Below the pieces are notes generated by a model. The model did not search any database and was not told where the DNA came from. It saw nothing but the letters and a program-made list of their open reading frames with translations. From the NCBI RefSeq assembly GCF_001194135.2, contig NC_068981.1:106153047-106217046 (forward strand): a stretch of 64,000 nucleotides of DNA, written 5' to 3'. Below are positions 39,935 through 53,700 of the stretch, piece by piece; the first letter of the stretch is position 1, and every line of letters begins with the position of its first letter. A program made the position numbers and the translations under genes. Origin of the DNA: Octopus bimaculoides. Lineage: Eukaryota.

Positions 39935-41100
39935 ATCATCATCATCATTTAAAATGTGTTGTCCATGCTGGCATGGGATGGATGGTTTGACCAGAGCTAG
40001 CAAGGTGGGGAGCTGTACCAGACTCCAGCCTGATTTGGTATGGTTTCTACAGCTGGATGTCCTTCCTAACACCAACCACTTTACAGAATGTGCTGGGTAC
40101 TTTTACATGGCACTGCATGGGCACTTTTACACAGTACTTTTATGTGGCACCACCATGAATGCTTTACGCCACCAGCGGGACTGGTCTTAACACTTCTGCT
40201 GCATGGTCTTTTGTCATGTTGCCTGAAAGGTTCATCATCCTGAGGTCATTCTTCAGTACTTCATCCTATGTCTTCCTGGGTCTCCTATTTCTATGTGTTC
40301 CATCCACTTTGAGACTGGCACTTCTTTATGGTGCTGTTGGCATCCATCCACGTCACAGCCCAAAACAACATAGTCTTCTCTCTTGCACACAGCAACCAAT
40401 TCCTCTTAAGCCTAACTTCTCTCTCAAAACACTAGCAATCTGTCTAACATCTACACTTATATTACACATCCAGTGGATCATACTAGCCTCATTCCTTTCT
40501 AACCTTTGCATGTCCTCTGCACTCAGGGCCCAAATCTCACTACCATGTAGAATTGCTGCCTGTACAATCTTCCTTTCACTCAGAGAGGGAAACCTTTCAT
40601 GGCCATCAGAGGAAACAGTTCTCTGAATTTCCTCCATCCTAATCTTATTCTAGCTATCATAATCTCCATGCATCCTCTCCCATTACTAATTTGGTCTCCT
40701 AGGTAGTAGAAATTATCTGCTACCTCCAACGAGCCACCATGGCATTTGAGAGAATCAATTTATTGGGTTTCTAAAATTTTTATGGATCCTGTAGATCTGC
40801 CACACATGAAAACCATCTTCTCTGATGACCTTCCTATTAATCCACTGCATCTCTTGTGTGTCCATAGCTTACACTGGGTACACTAAATGGAGTTCCTGCT
40901 TACACCTTTCCTACAAATTGAACAAGGCCACCTTGGGGATAAGGGTCCTTTCAGTTTTCTTGCTTACTAGGACCTTAGTCTTTGCTAAGTTAACTTTAAA
41001 TTCCAGATTTTGCTTCCATATCTGGAATATAGGTTTTAAGGAGTCTTGTTTTGTGAACTGTGTAGAGCTAGAAGTAAAGCAGGCAGCAAATGTGATTGCT
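39935..41100 (-). mobile_element. RTE-type LINE 3' portion, decayed
   Basis: ILHGSEIWALSAEDMQRLERNEASMIHWMCNISV...VQERRL, then 3' tail. Confidence 0.82.
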
Positions 41101-43460
41101 TTATCTGCAGGTCAGTGAGTGGTAGAGACAGAAGATGAATTTAGGTGAAGGGAGATTTTGAGCCAAAATAATTAGATATTTTTGTTTTTGATATCAAGGA
41201 TAAAAGGGAAAGTAGACAAGAAGAGTATCTAGCCATAAAACATTACCTCATAAAACCTGTCCAACTGATGCCAGAATGAAAAAGAAAGTGGATGAAAACT
41301 GATGTTGATGTACAGGTAGACATCACCTTTTACAAAAATTTGGAATACAAAGTTATGAAAAGACAACAGAGATGAGTTAGAAATAGTGAGAAATCAGAGT
41401 TTCAAAGATGAACAAGACATATGAAATTTGAGTGTTAGTAAGTGGAGAAGAGGATCAAAATTTGACCAAAGTTTTTGATCTTAGACATGATAGTGAGATA
41501 AAAACTTGTGGAAACAATATTTGCTTAGGTCCAAAATATTTTACAAAGAAGGTTGATATTTTTCAGTCTTAATATCAAAACAAACACAGGTACAATAATA
41601 ATTATTATTAATATATTTGTACATCAATCAAATCAGATAAATCCTATAATGGAAAAGTAATGTTTGAAATCAGTCCAAAAGTGTTTCTATGCTTGTTCAT
41701 TTTGGCAACGACGATTTACAGGAGGATGTTCAAAGAGTTTTTATTACTGCCCAAAAATGTTAGGGGCTATTCTTGTATCCACTGTTCACGAGCCTATGGA
41801 TAAAAAAGATGTTAGAAGTTTGATTGATTAAAAAAATTTTTTTTTTGCCTTTTTCAATGTCCAGAGAATATTTTTGATGGAAAGATTTATAAGTTACGTC
41901 AGTTCCAGTGGTTAGCCTAACTGGAAGTCAATGATATTCTATGTGCCTCACAAATCCTGTAACATGCTGAGATATAGAAAACTGTACGCTATGAGCTGAG
42001 AGGGCAGCTCCTAACAGCATCACCCACTGGTTTAAGGCTCACGAGATTCAATGAAAAAAATTTACCTGACATAAAGCAACAGAGCTCAAACGAAGGACAT
42101 ACAGAGACTGTTAAAATGGAATTGAGAGGGTTTGATCCAATTGATGTCAACAGAGGGAAATGCTAAAAGCAAATAAATACTTGATGGTGTCAAAACCTGG
42201 TGACATATTAGGCAGACCCTCTCCCTCAACAGTAAAAGGGCATAGTGTTTCTACAGACACCACCACTCTCTCACAAAAATGGTAAAACGCTAGAAAAAAG
42301 GGAAAAGAAAGGAATAAGTAATATGGAAGTGAGGAAAATATATATTCATTCTTTAAGATAATCAGCCAGAAAAGATGAAAATGGAGAAAAGTTCATCGCT
42401 TCTCTTATATTCATAAAGCACATGTGTAGCATACCTTCAGTATTGGTTACCAAAGGGGAAAAAAACTGATAGTAAATGATTTACACCTTACAGTTGCTAG
42501 ATAATCGTTGAGTTTTGTCCGAAATGATTTTTATTTGTTAATGTACAAGAGAGCTATGTAATCGAATGTTGAGTAATACTTAATTTTCATATCTAAATTG
42601 ATAAGAATAAAAAAATAATTCAATTTGAAATCTAAACGTATATACTTTAAATGTAATCTGGCTGCTTTCAGGTCGTATATTACGCCTTAAGGATTAGTGT
42701 GTGTGTGTGTGTACATGTCTGTGTATAAGAGTTGCATAATTTCTCAAATGAATCCATTTAAATGGGAGCTTTAAATGAAGCGCAGTTACTGAACATAAAT
42801 ATAATTTATTAAAAAGACGTATTTATACTGAGAATACATATCAAGAAAAATGTTGCGGGGGAAACTTGAATATTTATAAAGGACATTTCCCTTTAATTCA
42901 GTTAAAATTTCTTTGGTATATGGAGGCAGTTTCCATTTAAATAATTAACAACCTTCAAGTGAAATAACTTAGAAGCACTAACTATATAATGTAGCAGTTA
43001 AGTTATCTAGCTTATATTTATTTTTGTTTTGATTCTTAAGCCAATTTAACCATTCTTTATGAAGCAACAATACAGTTCAGTTTGTCCTAAACCCGATAAA
43101 CTTCCCTTTCGCTGACTCAAATTGCCATAAAAACTGTCAGAAAATTAAAACCGCTGTTAAACTAAATGATTTCCGAACATATTTTTTCATTAAGCCCAAT
43201 GTCTAAGAAAAGTTTCTTTGTACCGAATTCTTAGCTGAACTAAATCGACAGTTTCTGTCTTAAATGAACATTCATTAGACCTCCGTGACTGTCCCGCTAT
43301 TTTTAAAAGGGATATTTAAGACCATTATTAAACGTGTCCTTCACTTTTTGAGACGGTAGGATGTTACTATATATACATCAATCATTCAATATCGATCCTT
43401 ATGGCATTTCACTTCACTTCGTTAAAGCCCTAAAAAAGGTGAACAGCAATTAGGTGCATG

Positions 43461-43497
<37 letters not shown>

Positions 43498-44049
43498 ATA
43501 ACTTTGATGCCTAAATGTTCCTGTAAGATTAAATAAAAGGTCTTTTCAATGAGTTATTTTAAGCAAGTATAATCTCTACATGGTTTTCCAAATAATTTCT
43601 TTGAGAAATTGAACCCCCGTAGCTCACTGAAAGCTTGACTATTTTCAAAGTAAACACAATTAACTCTCCTCCCACGCACATTTTAATTTAGTGTCAATGT
43701 AAATATATTTATCTCTTTACATGCATTTGCTGTTAGTGTTAAAATGAATACGTGATTATATTTGAATGACTTTTAATGCTGTGTAATTGATAGTTATCAA
43801 GTGAAGTTTGACATCGAATAAAAAAAAATACTTTAATGTCTAGGACAGTATCTTAGTAACACATCCTAAAAATAAACTAAATGATTATTCCAGTTTGAAT
43901 TAAAAACAAATAATTTCGTATCATTTCAAATTATAAAACGAAGAGACAAAATTTCTTTTCCTTTCCAAACTGAATGAAATTAGCATAATCGGTTGAACGT
44001 CAGAGTATATGTATTGTGTCTTCTGTTAGTTTTTCGGGGTTCTATTTCT

Positions 44050-44957
44050 AAGTTCAAAGCTATGTCAAATTCGTCTTTATCTCTTCAGGCCGAGAAAACA
44101 TCTAACAAATTTGTTGGCCTTTATCCAAATTCGGCGCGAAACACTAATATTATTACCCAAGTTCAATATCTAAGTTAGTAAAATAAAATGGTTTTAAAAT
44201 GCAGCAGTTACGATATTGTTTAATTTTCTTAAGAAATTAACTATACCTACTTAGTTTATTAATTAAACATAAATGCTGTGCGTGTGTGTGTGTGCTTGAA
44301 TACGAAAACGATCGGCAAAATTCGGTAAATTCCGGTAATTCTGAACAATAGAAACAACATTTAATAAAAACGCGTACATGTTTCTCTCTTCTCCCTCTGT
44401 AGAAGGCGCGTAGATGAATCTCCTATATCACTACATATACACACACGTGTGTATGTATATGTCCCTCTATATTCATATGTAGGTATAAATTTGTTTAGGC
44501 GTATAGCTTCTCTCTGTGTGTATATATATATATATACTTTTTGTAATATTGCAAATGTGACGTGTATATGTGAGGAGCGGGAAGAGGGATTAAAGAAGTG
44601 AGAGAGATTCTAGGAAAAAAAAAACCCCGAAAACGAGGTGAAAGAAGGAGGAGTTTTAATGAGTGAGTGAAGGTAAGAGGTAAGACAGTGAGGGAACAGG
44701 ATTATTCTACGCCATATTTTCTCTCTCTACACACATGCTCTCTCGTATGGTTGTAGTTGAGATTCTTTTTCTGACTCTACGCATTTAGAGAAGAAAAAAA
44801 GAAACAACAAACTTATCCGTCACCTCAGCTCGTTATTAGAGCGTTGGGGAAAGTTTCTGCTTTTTTTTCTACTTTGCACATTAGTAGCAGAGTAATTTTT
44901 ATTTGAATCTAGTTTTACATCTTTATCAACATTAACCAAAAGTAAAAAGAGAAAAAA
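44050..44957 (+). promoter_or_regulatory. tra2 promoter / 5' UTR region
   Basis: CpG-retaining stretch directly upstream of the ATG; YY1-like CGCCATATT at 44710-44718; pyrimidine tract after it; purine-rich block at 44570-44700. TSS not determinable. Confidence 0.55.
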
Positions 44958-44978
44958 ATGAGTGACAAGGAAAACGAG
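44958..44978 (+). CDS. tra2: tra2 coding exon 1 (MSDKENE), phase 0 donor
   Basis: A-rich context gaaaaaaATG AGT GAC AAG GAA AAC GAG followed by GTAAGT at 44979; MSD start as in TRA2B; in frame with exon 2. Confidence 0.85.
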
Positions 44979-47685
44979 GTAAGTTTAACGACAACAAATT
45001 GATCTTTATTTTTTAGGTTTTATACAAAAAAAGATCTTTGGCGATCTTTCGATACCAGTACGAAATATCGGCCTTATTTATTATAAATGTAGTTATCTGA
45101 TTTCATATAATTTATCACTTCTAAAGGAAGATGTATACATTTGCATTTTAAAAGAATCGTATAGGCCATTAAATACATCGTATCAATTTACGGATGGAAC
45201 CCTGTCGAAAATGATAAATATTTAGTCTTTTCACTACTGAGAAATTATAAACGATCGAATGTTTTTTTTTTCTTTCGTTCGGTAGATAGAATTCTTACGC
45301 ATTTGTTAATTAAATATCCAGTGTCTTGTTTTTAGTGTTATCTTGCATGTTCTCTCACTCTGTACCCTTTCTCCATTTATTGATAGCTAATAAGTACATA
45401 ATTTTGCTACAAACATTGACTATTTTTCCATACTGAATTATTTCATCCAAGATTTTTTATCTCCTATTTGTAACGTAATAATAGCTTCAAAACCAGGCGA
45501 TAAGCTAGGTGAGCAGTTTCAACTTGTTGGCGCTTGACCGCCATTTCTAGCCTTACAACAAATATACTTATTGGCTTCGGTAAGGGAGCAATCCACCGCG
45601 TGTCGATTTAAGTTCTCTCATTTCTCAAGTCTTGCTAATTTTTGGCTAAGTTATCCAATATTAAAAATATTCTTAGCATGTTTTATATTGGCTTTTTTTT
45701 TTATCTGACAGTAAAAGGATTAAATAAACAGTTTTGTAATTAGTGTGACATACAATAAATGTGAATCGTGAAATTTTATCATAAAGCTCTTAGAATAAAT
45801 ATTAGCATTTTCATGTAAGTCTGTTTCGTTCGTCCCTTTAATAATGTACACGACTTGATATGATTGATAATGGCACATTTTAGGGATTTAAAGATATATG
45901 GGCATTTGAAATCATTCAGAAATATTCGTATTATATACAATATACGTACTTGTTCCATTAAATTTATATATAAGTAATCATTTTCACTAAAAGTAAATTT
46001 CTAACTTAGATGTTGTAAAAAATATATAAAATTAAACTAGTAAATCTGCTATTAGTAATAGATTTTGGGATTCTGCTAACAAAGCTTCCTGCATTAGTTT
46101 CTATGGCGGCAAAGAAAATGTACATGTGCAGGAATGACTTTAAAGGGTTAAGAATAATATGACTGAATTGAAGAAATTGTGACTTGATCCGGGATCGTGT
46201 ATAGAAGGTGAAACAATTTATAATAATCATTGAAAACATGTTCTATTTGTTACATTTTCTATTACAGCAGTGTAAGAAAAATATAAAGTATTTATCCTCT
46301 TGGTTGAACATGTAGGACCTGCATTTGTATGAAGTATGTGTCCAGATCATTATACGATAGAAATACTTGGATGCATATTTTAACAAGATAAAAGTGAATT
46401 TAACTTTTAACGGCCGACAAATAAATATATTGTAATGGTTAAAATAAAGAAAAATGGTTGGAAAGTTGGAAGGCCATGCTTTTTCTATATAGGTGTTTTT
46501 AATTGTTTGATGTCAGTCGCTAAGGAAGGGGCTTACTGTGTTCAATTGTTTTTATTTAATGCTGTATTTTATTTTAAAATATTTTGTTTTCTTGTTCCTC
46601 TTATTTTGATTCATATGTACAAATATTTTGATATAACGGTTGCAAAAATTTAAGCGTCGAAATCCTACATTTTTGAATCTAATATAGACGCATGTTTAAG
46701 AGAGGAGATGGAGTGCGTTTAAACAATCCATTGAATAACTGAACATGTATCTTTCGTGTGTTCAATGTTCAAGCCTGTATTGTTTTGTTAAAATAATATC
46801 GCTTTATTGTTTATATTTGGGTTCGTGTAAGGAATATTTAAAATTTTTGTATGTTTTACAATAGATATAATTGTGTTGAGACTAAATGTATCTTGTACTT
46901 TATTTTTTTGTTATTATTGGAGTGAATGAATTTTAATATAATATTTTTATTATAATTTATATGTTCAGAATGTGTGTGTGTGCAAAAATGATCTCAACTC
47001 AGAATCAACAGAGTTACCTGTATAATCAATCGCTGAAATTTTTGTGGTTGAGCTAGCTATTGATGCATTTCAAATAAATCATTTACACGTTTTAACTTGT
47101 GCAGCGCAAGTCTATACATGTCAGTTCATATTTTTTTATTCGTTCGAATTTGTTTATATTACGTAATCGGTTTTAGCTATTATATTTGATACTGCGATCA
47201 AAAGAGTTGTTTGCCACGGTTTTGTTTTGTAAAAGAAAAAGAAAATGCCTTTTAGCTTCTATGCACTATATTTAGGCGAGTTTTGATAGACTTTCTCTGA
47301 AAGCTCGCTTAAATTTCTTAAACTTAAGGATTTAAGCCTTGAAATTTTCCATAAACTCTTCTGTGCTGAAACCATCAATTGTTTTGGATTTTAGTTTCGA
47401 TGAAGGTGACGGGATCGAATTTCTATTTTTAGATATGCTTATATTTTGAGTATTAATAAACATTTTTTAAATGAGAAATTGAAATATAACTTAAATTATT
47501 ACTGACTTGTTCCAAGCAGCATTTTCTAAAGTGAAAGTACTACTACTTGAGTTTCACTCGAAACGAAGGGAGATAATTTTATTACTATAAAGTAAGTTAA
47601 AAAAAATTAAGTACTGACATAATGCACATGGTATTCTAAATACAGATTGTCATAAAATTTAATTTTAATCGCGCTATGTTTTATT

Positions 47686-47717
<32 letters not shown>

Positions 47718-50700
47718 TATACTCAATCGTAGTTACTTTCATGTCAAAGACCACTTTAATTTTGTGATTAAAATGACAAGAATAAGTCAAATAAGACATC
47801 AAAACTGAATGACCAGTTTGAATGATTAATTTACGTTATGTAAATATGTTGGAAATAAAAGATGTAAACATTAACCAAAATTTTCAATGTAAAGTTGATT
47901 CGGTAAAATTTCATAATCAAGAAAGTCATTTGAATATTTGATGATAGAGGATAGATGGCATTTGCTATTTGTGTAGTCTTCACGACGATTACGTTTGGGT
48001 GGGGATAACCATCAAAATTCTTGGTTAATGTTTACAAGTACACCGACACGAAAAAAATAGACTTTTTTTTTCTTTTTTCGATGACAGAGATTCTGAATAT
48101 GCCAAAATCTACGTGGAAAAATATGGAGATTAGGAATATGGAAAAAAGAAAATTAATTTCAAATTTTCTATGCGGAAACTCCAAAATTGATTCATACACC
48201 CTCACCACCCCATCCCGCTGTCTAAAAGTGAAAAATTAACGGCCTGTGTGTTTGTGTGCGCGCGTGCGAGTGAGCAGAAAATACACCGAAATATGTTTTA
48301 CGTACCTGTTACACCGAAATATGTTTTACGTACCTGTCGTATACATCAGTTTTGCATTTTCGCTTTAAAGGTAAACGGTTCTGAAAAAAGCAAACACAAT
48401 ATTCAATATGTTTGTGTTCTTCATTCAGCAAGAAAAACTTCAGGGGACTTCGTTCATGNNNNNNNNNNCCCCAAGTTTGTATATTCGAAATCTACATGAT
48501 ATAACACATTCGTAGAAAATTTCATTAAAACAATATCTATTTTTCTGAAAGTTATGATCATCCAAAGTCGGTGGGGCCGAAATCTGTTGTCATTCCTGGA
48601 TTTTCAGTGCATGGTGCTCACAAAATTGACCACAATCGCTCCAGAGAAGGGAAGATAAGCTTTTTTGTAAAACAGATGCTCCAGATCATTTCCAAGGGCA
48701 CCATGAAAAGAAATCTGAAAAATCTCCGTCTAAACGGAGAAATTCCAACTTGTTAGTGCTTCCTAACTCCGAAGTCGGCCTATACATGTATGTATAAATG
48801 TATATATGTATGTATCTAACTGTGTCTTTGTTTGACACCCCGTCAACGCTTATAACTGCTGTTGCTGTGCATTATTTACAATGGAGAGATAGGTATCCGC
48901 ATCGTGTTTGTTGTTATCACAACGTTTCGGCTGATGTACTCTCCAACCTTCATGTGTTCTGGTGGAATTTCGAACCCAACCCTTTATTTGACTAATGTAG
49001 TCTACTTCAATTCGTCTTAATTTTAAGAAAATGAATATTTTTTAATGAAATAATCTACAAATATACCGAGGACAGGAATTTTGGGGGTTATTTTTGAGAA
49101 CCGTTCCTCACTCGCTGGTGTTTCTGAACAAGTCCATAGTTGTATAGAATTTCATTAATAACATCCATTTTCTTGAAAGTTAAGGCGAATTGAAGTGGAC
49201 TCCGGTGAATTTTCCGAAATTCCCCACCTCCAAAATTAGGGCGTATCCTAATATGCCACATTTTATGCACTTAGAAACAATTCCTGGTGGACAAGGGGCT
49301 TTCACAGTATTCATATTAACTGCTGCCAAGAAGAATGGTTGGACCCTCACTTGTGTTCACATTAGGACAGCTCTCTCACATTTAGTAGCCTTTCATATTT
49401 GCAAGCCGTTCATTTTCACTTCTAGATAGCGGGATGGGGTGTATGAATCAATTTTGGAGTTTCCTCAGAAAATTTGAAATTAATTTCTCCATGTTTTTCC
49501 ACGTAGATTGAAAAAAAAAAAATTTAATTTTAAAATTTCGGGTGGAGAAGGGGGGGGAAGTTAAAATTTTGAAAACATGGATTTTGACATACTCAGAATC
49601 TCGTCACCGAAAACAGGGATCCGCTGAAAAAATTTCAAAACAAAAAGAAGGTCGATTTTTTTTTTTGTGCCGGTGTACTTGTAAACATTAACCAAATTCT
49701 TTTTTAGAACAGTAGATCTCAAGGTACATAAACCTATGAATAGTAAAATGTAAACAGATATTTGGTTCAAATACCCTTTTGGACAGGAAAATGCCGAGGG
49801 CTGTCGGTCCCACGGGCGCCTTTCAATTTTTTTTTTTAAATCTTAGTTTTTCAGCTTTACATGCTATTATTCATAGCTTTATGTACTTCGAGATCCACTG
49901 CTTCAATAAAATTGTCTCGAAAGTTTTTAAGTTCTGTCGTCAACAAAACTTAATATTGAAACTGTTGAAAGTTAGAATGAGTCTTGATTTTCCTTTTGTA
50001 GTTAATTGTATTAGCATGTAAGAAGTTAAGGGTCGAAACGCTTACCTTAGGGTTTCTTTAAGACCTGCTGTTTAGCTCTCCCGAGAGATTCTTGCCATTA
50101 TTTTATGTTGTTGCCTGTCTCACTGTTTTTGTTTTTTTTTGTCTTATTTTGTTACAGAGGAGCCGTTCAGCCTCCAGGGAATCAAAAATATCTGAAAAAT
50201 CTCACCAATCTGGTTCTCATAAGTCGGAAGCCTCTCGCTCCTATTCAAGGTCTCCAACTCCAAAATCTGCTCGTTCTCAGAGATCTGCCTCCCGATCTCG
50301 TTCTCGATCAAGGTCCCAGTCGCGTTCACCATCTCGTTCCAGATCTAGATCAAGATCTCGATCAAAGCATAGACACAGGAGATCATACAGCAGATCAAGG
50401 TAAATCTTACCATACACTAGTTTTTTCAAATAATGCTTGCTTAGTTCTATTATTTAGCATTTTCTTATATTTCTAAAATATAGTCCTCCAGTTTAAAATG
50501 TAATCCAATCGAAAGTAAAATTTGAACACTTTTCAACACTGCTGACAAAATGAACTTTTTCTCTAGAAGTTAATAAAAAGTTACAAACCTTTAAAGTTCT
50601 GTGATTTTACCAATCTGAAGTCTCCATTGCTGACATTTTCTTGAAAATGGTTTTCATCAGCATCAATGTAGAAAAAAAAAACATTCTGGTGGTTGAAAAA

Positions 50701-53700
50701 TACTTAAACCAAGTATATGATTATTAAAGAACATATGTTATTCCTGAAAATTGTACTTCAATAAAGAATAAATATAACAATGGAATTTTGAACACAATTT
50801 GGTAAATTGTTTTCAACTTCATGTGCAATCAATTTCCAAAGGTCTCCAAATTAACACAACTTATTTACCACTCTCAGTATTGGGCCAAAGCATTCACTCT
50901 CTACTGTAATATGTAAAATGGCATCATCTCTTTCAACAAATACATTTTCTCTTAAATTTTTGTCAAATTTTACTTGTTGAACTAAAAATAGATTGTCATA
51001 TGCTCCTTCCCCATATGTTTCAATTGCATTCTGAATCAAAAACTTAAGGTTTCTGTGGATCAGTTATATTATTTATTGATATATCTGTATATATATAAAA
51101 GTAGTTTTTGAACATGACAAAAGGGTCGTCTCTTTTCCTTGCTGGCATAGGTTTGATGGTTTGACTGGAGCTGCCAGATAAGGAGCTGTCTAGACTCCAA
51201 TTGTCTGTTGTGGCATGGTTTCTATGGCTGGATGCCTTTTCCGATGCCAATCACTTTACAGTGTGCAGGGTGCTTATTACATGGCACCAGCATGTGTGCA
51301 TTTACACAGTACTAGCATGAGTACATTTTATGTGGCACCAGCACCTGTAAAGGACAAGCCTATATGTATGGATGACAGCGTTTTTACTTGTATGTTAATC
51401 TTGTAAAATTGTTATCACTTATGCAGTAATGAAACCTGTTGATATTTTCATTTAAATATGAGTAGATTATGTCATAGGTTGGTAATAAAGTAAAAAATTT
51501 ACAATTATCAACTTTTTGTAATAGATCAAGAAGTCGAAGCAGGCGGTACTGTTCTCGTTCTCGGTCACGAACTCCTTACTCACAAAGACGTAGATAGTAA
51601 GTATTTTTAACCCTTTCGTTACCATATTTCTAATCATGTGTTTCAATTAATTTCTAATAGAATCATAAATTTAGTCTGGTTTCATTAAACAACTTTTTTA
51701 TTTATCAACATATTAATGTGATTTTTGGAAGATAATTTAACGAAAGGTTCTCAACCAATTCTATACCAAAATTTTTGTCACAAAGTGACTCTAATTACAG
51801 GTAAATTCAACAAAATATAAAATTATTTAAATTTTTGTTCAAACATCGCTATAGAAAATGGGTTATTGAGTACAACAAAATATTATTATAGAAGAGTTGT
51901 GCACATTACTGGATTCATTACTGTCTCTTTTGCCAGTATAAAATTAAAATCCAGAGCAGTACCCAGTATTTGATTCACAAATCTTCCAAACTTTGATCCC
52001 CCATTTTGTGGGCTTTCCTGGCATATACTGTCAAAAACGCACTCGGCCTTTATAGCCCACCATATCCTCATCTATAAACTGTTTTATATGCGTTTTGAAC
52101 ACAGTCAATGAGGGGTCTTAGTTTAAATAAGGGATCAAAGTCTGGTTCTCCACGTACTGGTGTACTGCTCGTGTCTCTTATATATATATATATTGAGTCA
52201 ATTTTAAAAACTGTCTTCGTCATTATACTTGAGACATATTCGTCTCCAAAGGGTCCATCACTACTCTAGTAATTTGTTATTCTAGGTAACTTTCTAATGC
52301 CCATAATAATATTTATGGCAGAATATGCTTTAATTTCATTCAAGTTTGTGGGAAACCACAAACTATCCCTTTTTTACGCTTTGTTTACATTCAGCGTAAC
52401 GGTTTGTTTCCACCGTAATCAATTCAAATAGGTACATCGGAAAAAGCAAAAAGAAATAGTCTAAAACTTTACTCTCCTGGGTAAGACTGGCTTGGTCCAG
52501 TTTCTTCAGAAAAATCACTGAAAGGAGTTTTTAAATTTTCACTCCATTCAGGTACTAATTCATTCTCTTTATCGCTATCATCGGAGCTCTCGGATTCACT
52601 GCTTTCATTTTCGGAAAATGAAACAGATTCATTATCAAATACCACGTGCTTTTTTTTTTCCCCCGGTTACAGAGTTAGATTTATCAAGGTCTTCAACGGA
52701 AAATCCTTCGAATTCTGACTCGCTGCTTGACAATAAAATTCATATCCATTTTTTTTGTCAGGNNNNNNNNNNNNNNNNNNNNNNNNNNNNNNNNNNNNNN
52801 NNNNNNNNNNNNNNNNNNNNNNNNNNNNNNNNNNNNNNNNNNNNNNNNNNNNNNNNNNNNNNNNNNNNNNNNNNNNNNNNNNNNNNNNNNNNNNNNNNNN
52901 NNNNNNNNNNNNNNNNNNNNNNNNNNNNNNNNNNNNNNNNNNNNNNNNNNNNNNNNNNNNNNNNNNNNNNNNNNNNNNNNNNNNNNNNNNNNNNNNNNNN
53001 NNNNNNNNNNNNNNNNNNNNNNNNNNNNNNNNNNNNNNNNNNNNNNNNNNNNNNNNNNNNNNNNNNNNNNNNNNNNNNNNNNNNNNNNNNNNNNNNNNNN
53101 NNNNNNNNNNNNNNNNNNNNNNNNNNNNNNNNNNNNNNNNNNNNNNNNNNNNNNNNNNNNNNNNNNNNNNNNNNNNNNNNNNNNNNNNNNNNNNNNNNNN
53201 NNNNNNNNNNNNNNNNNNNNNNNNNNNNNNNNNNNNNNNNNNNNNNNNNNNNNNNNNNNNNNNNNNNNNNNNNNNNNNNNNNNNNNNNNNNNNNNNNNNN
53301 NNNNNNNNNNNNNNNNNNNNNNNNNNNNNNNNNNNNNNNNNNNNNNNNNNNNNNNNNNNNNNNNNNNNNNNNNNNNNNNNNNNNNNNNNNNNNNNNNNNN
53401 NNNNNNNNNNNNNNNNNNNNNNNNNNNNNNNNNNNNNNNNNNNNNNNNNNNNNNNNNNNNNNNNNNNNNNNNNNNNNNNNNNNNNNNNNNNNNNNNNNNN
53501 NNNNNNNNNNNNNNNNNNNNNNNNNNTTATTTTCAGTTTAGCAGCTGCTGTGTGAGCTGTTGCTTTTCATTTTAACCAGTGTAGAATTAAAAAAAAAATC
53601 TAAGTTTACTTCCTTAGAGATTTGTGAACTTACCTTTTATGTCAACATCTTAGTTTTAAGATGCCACACATCTTAAATATAAGATCCTCATGTATATTAG

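Noticed and set aside
901-53575. Long poly-X ORFs in the track (901, 967, 6023, 13033, 52618 and others)
   Set aside because: Artefacts of N-gaps.
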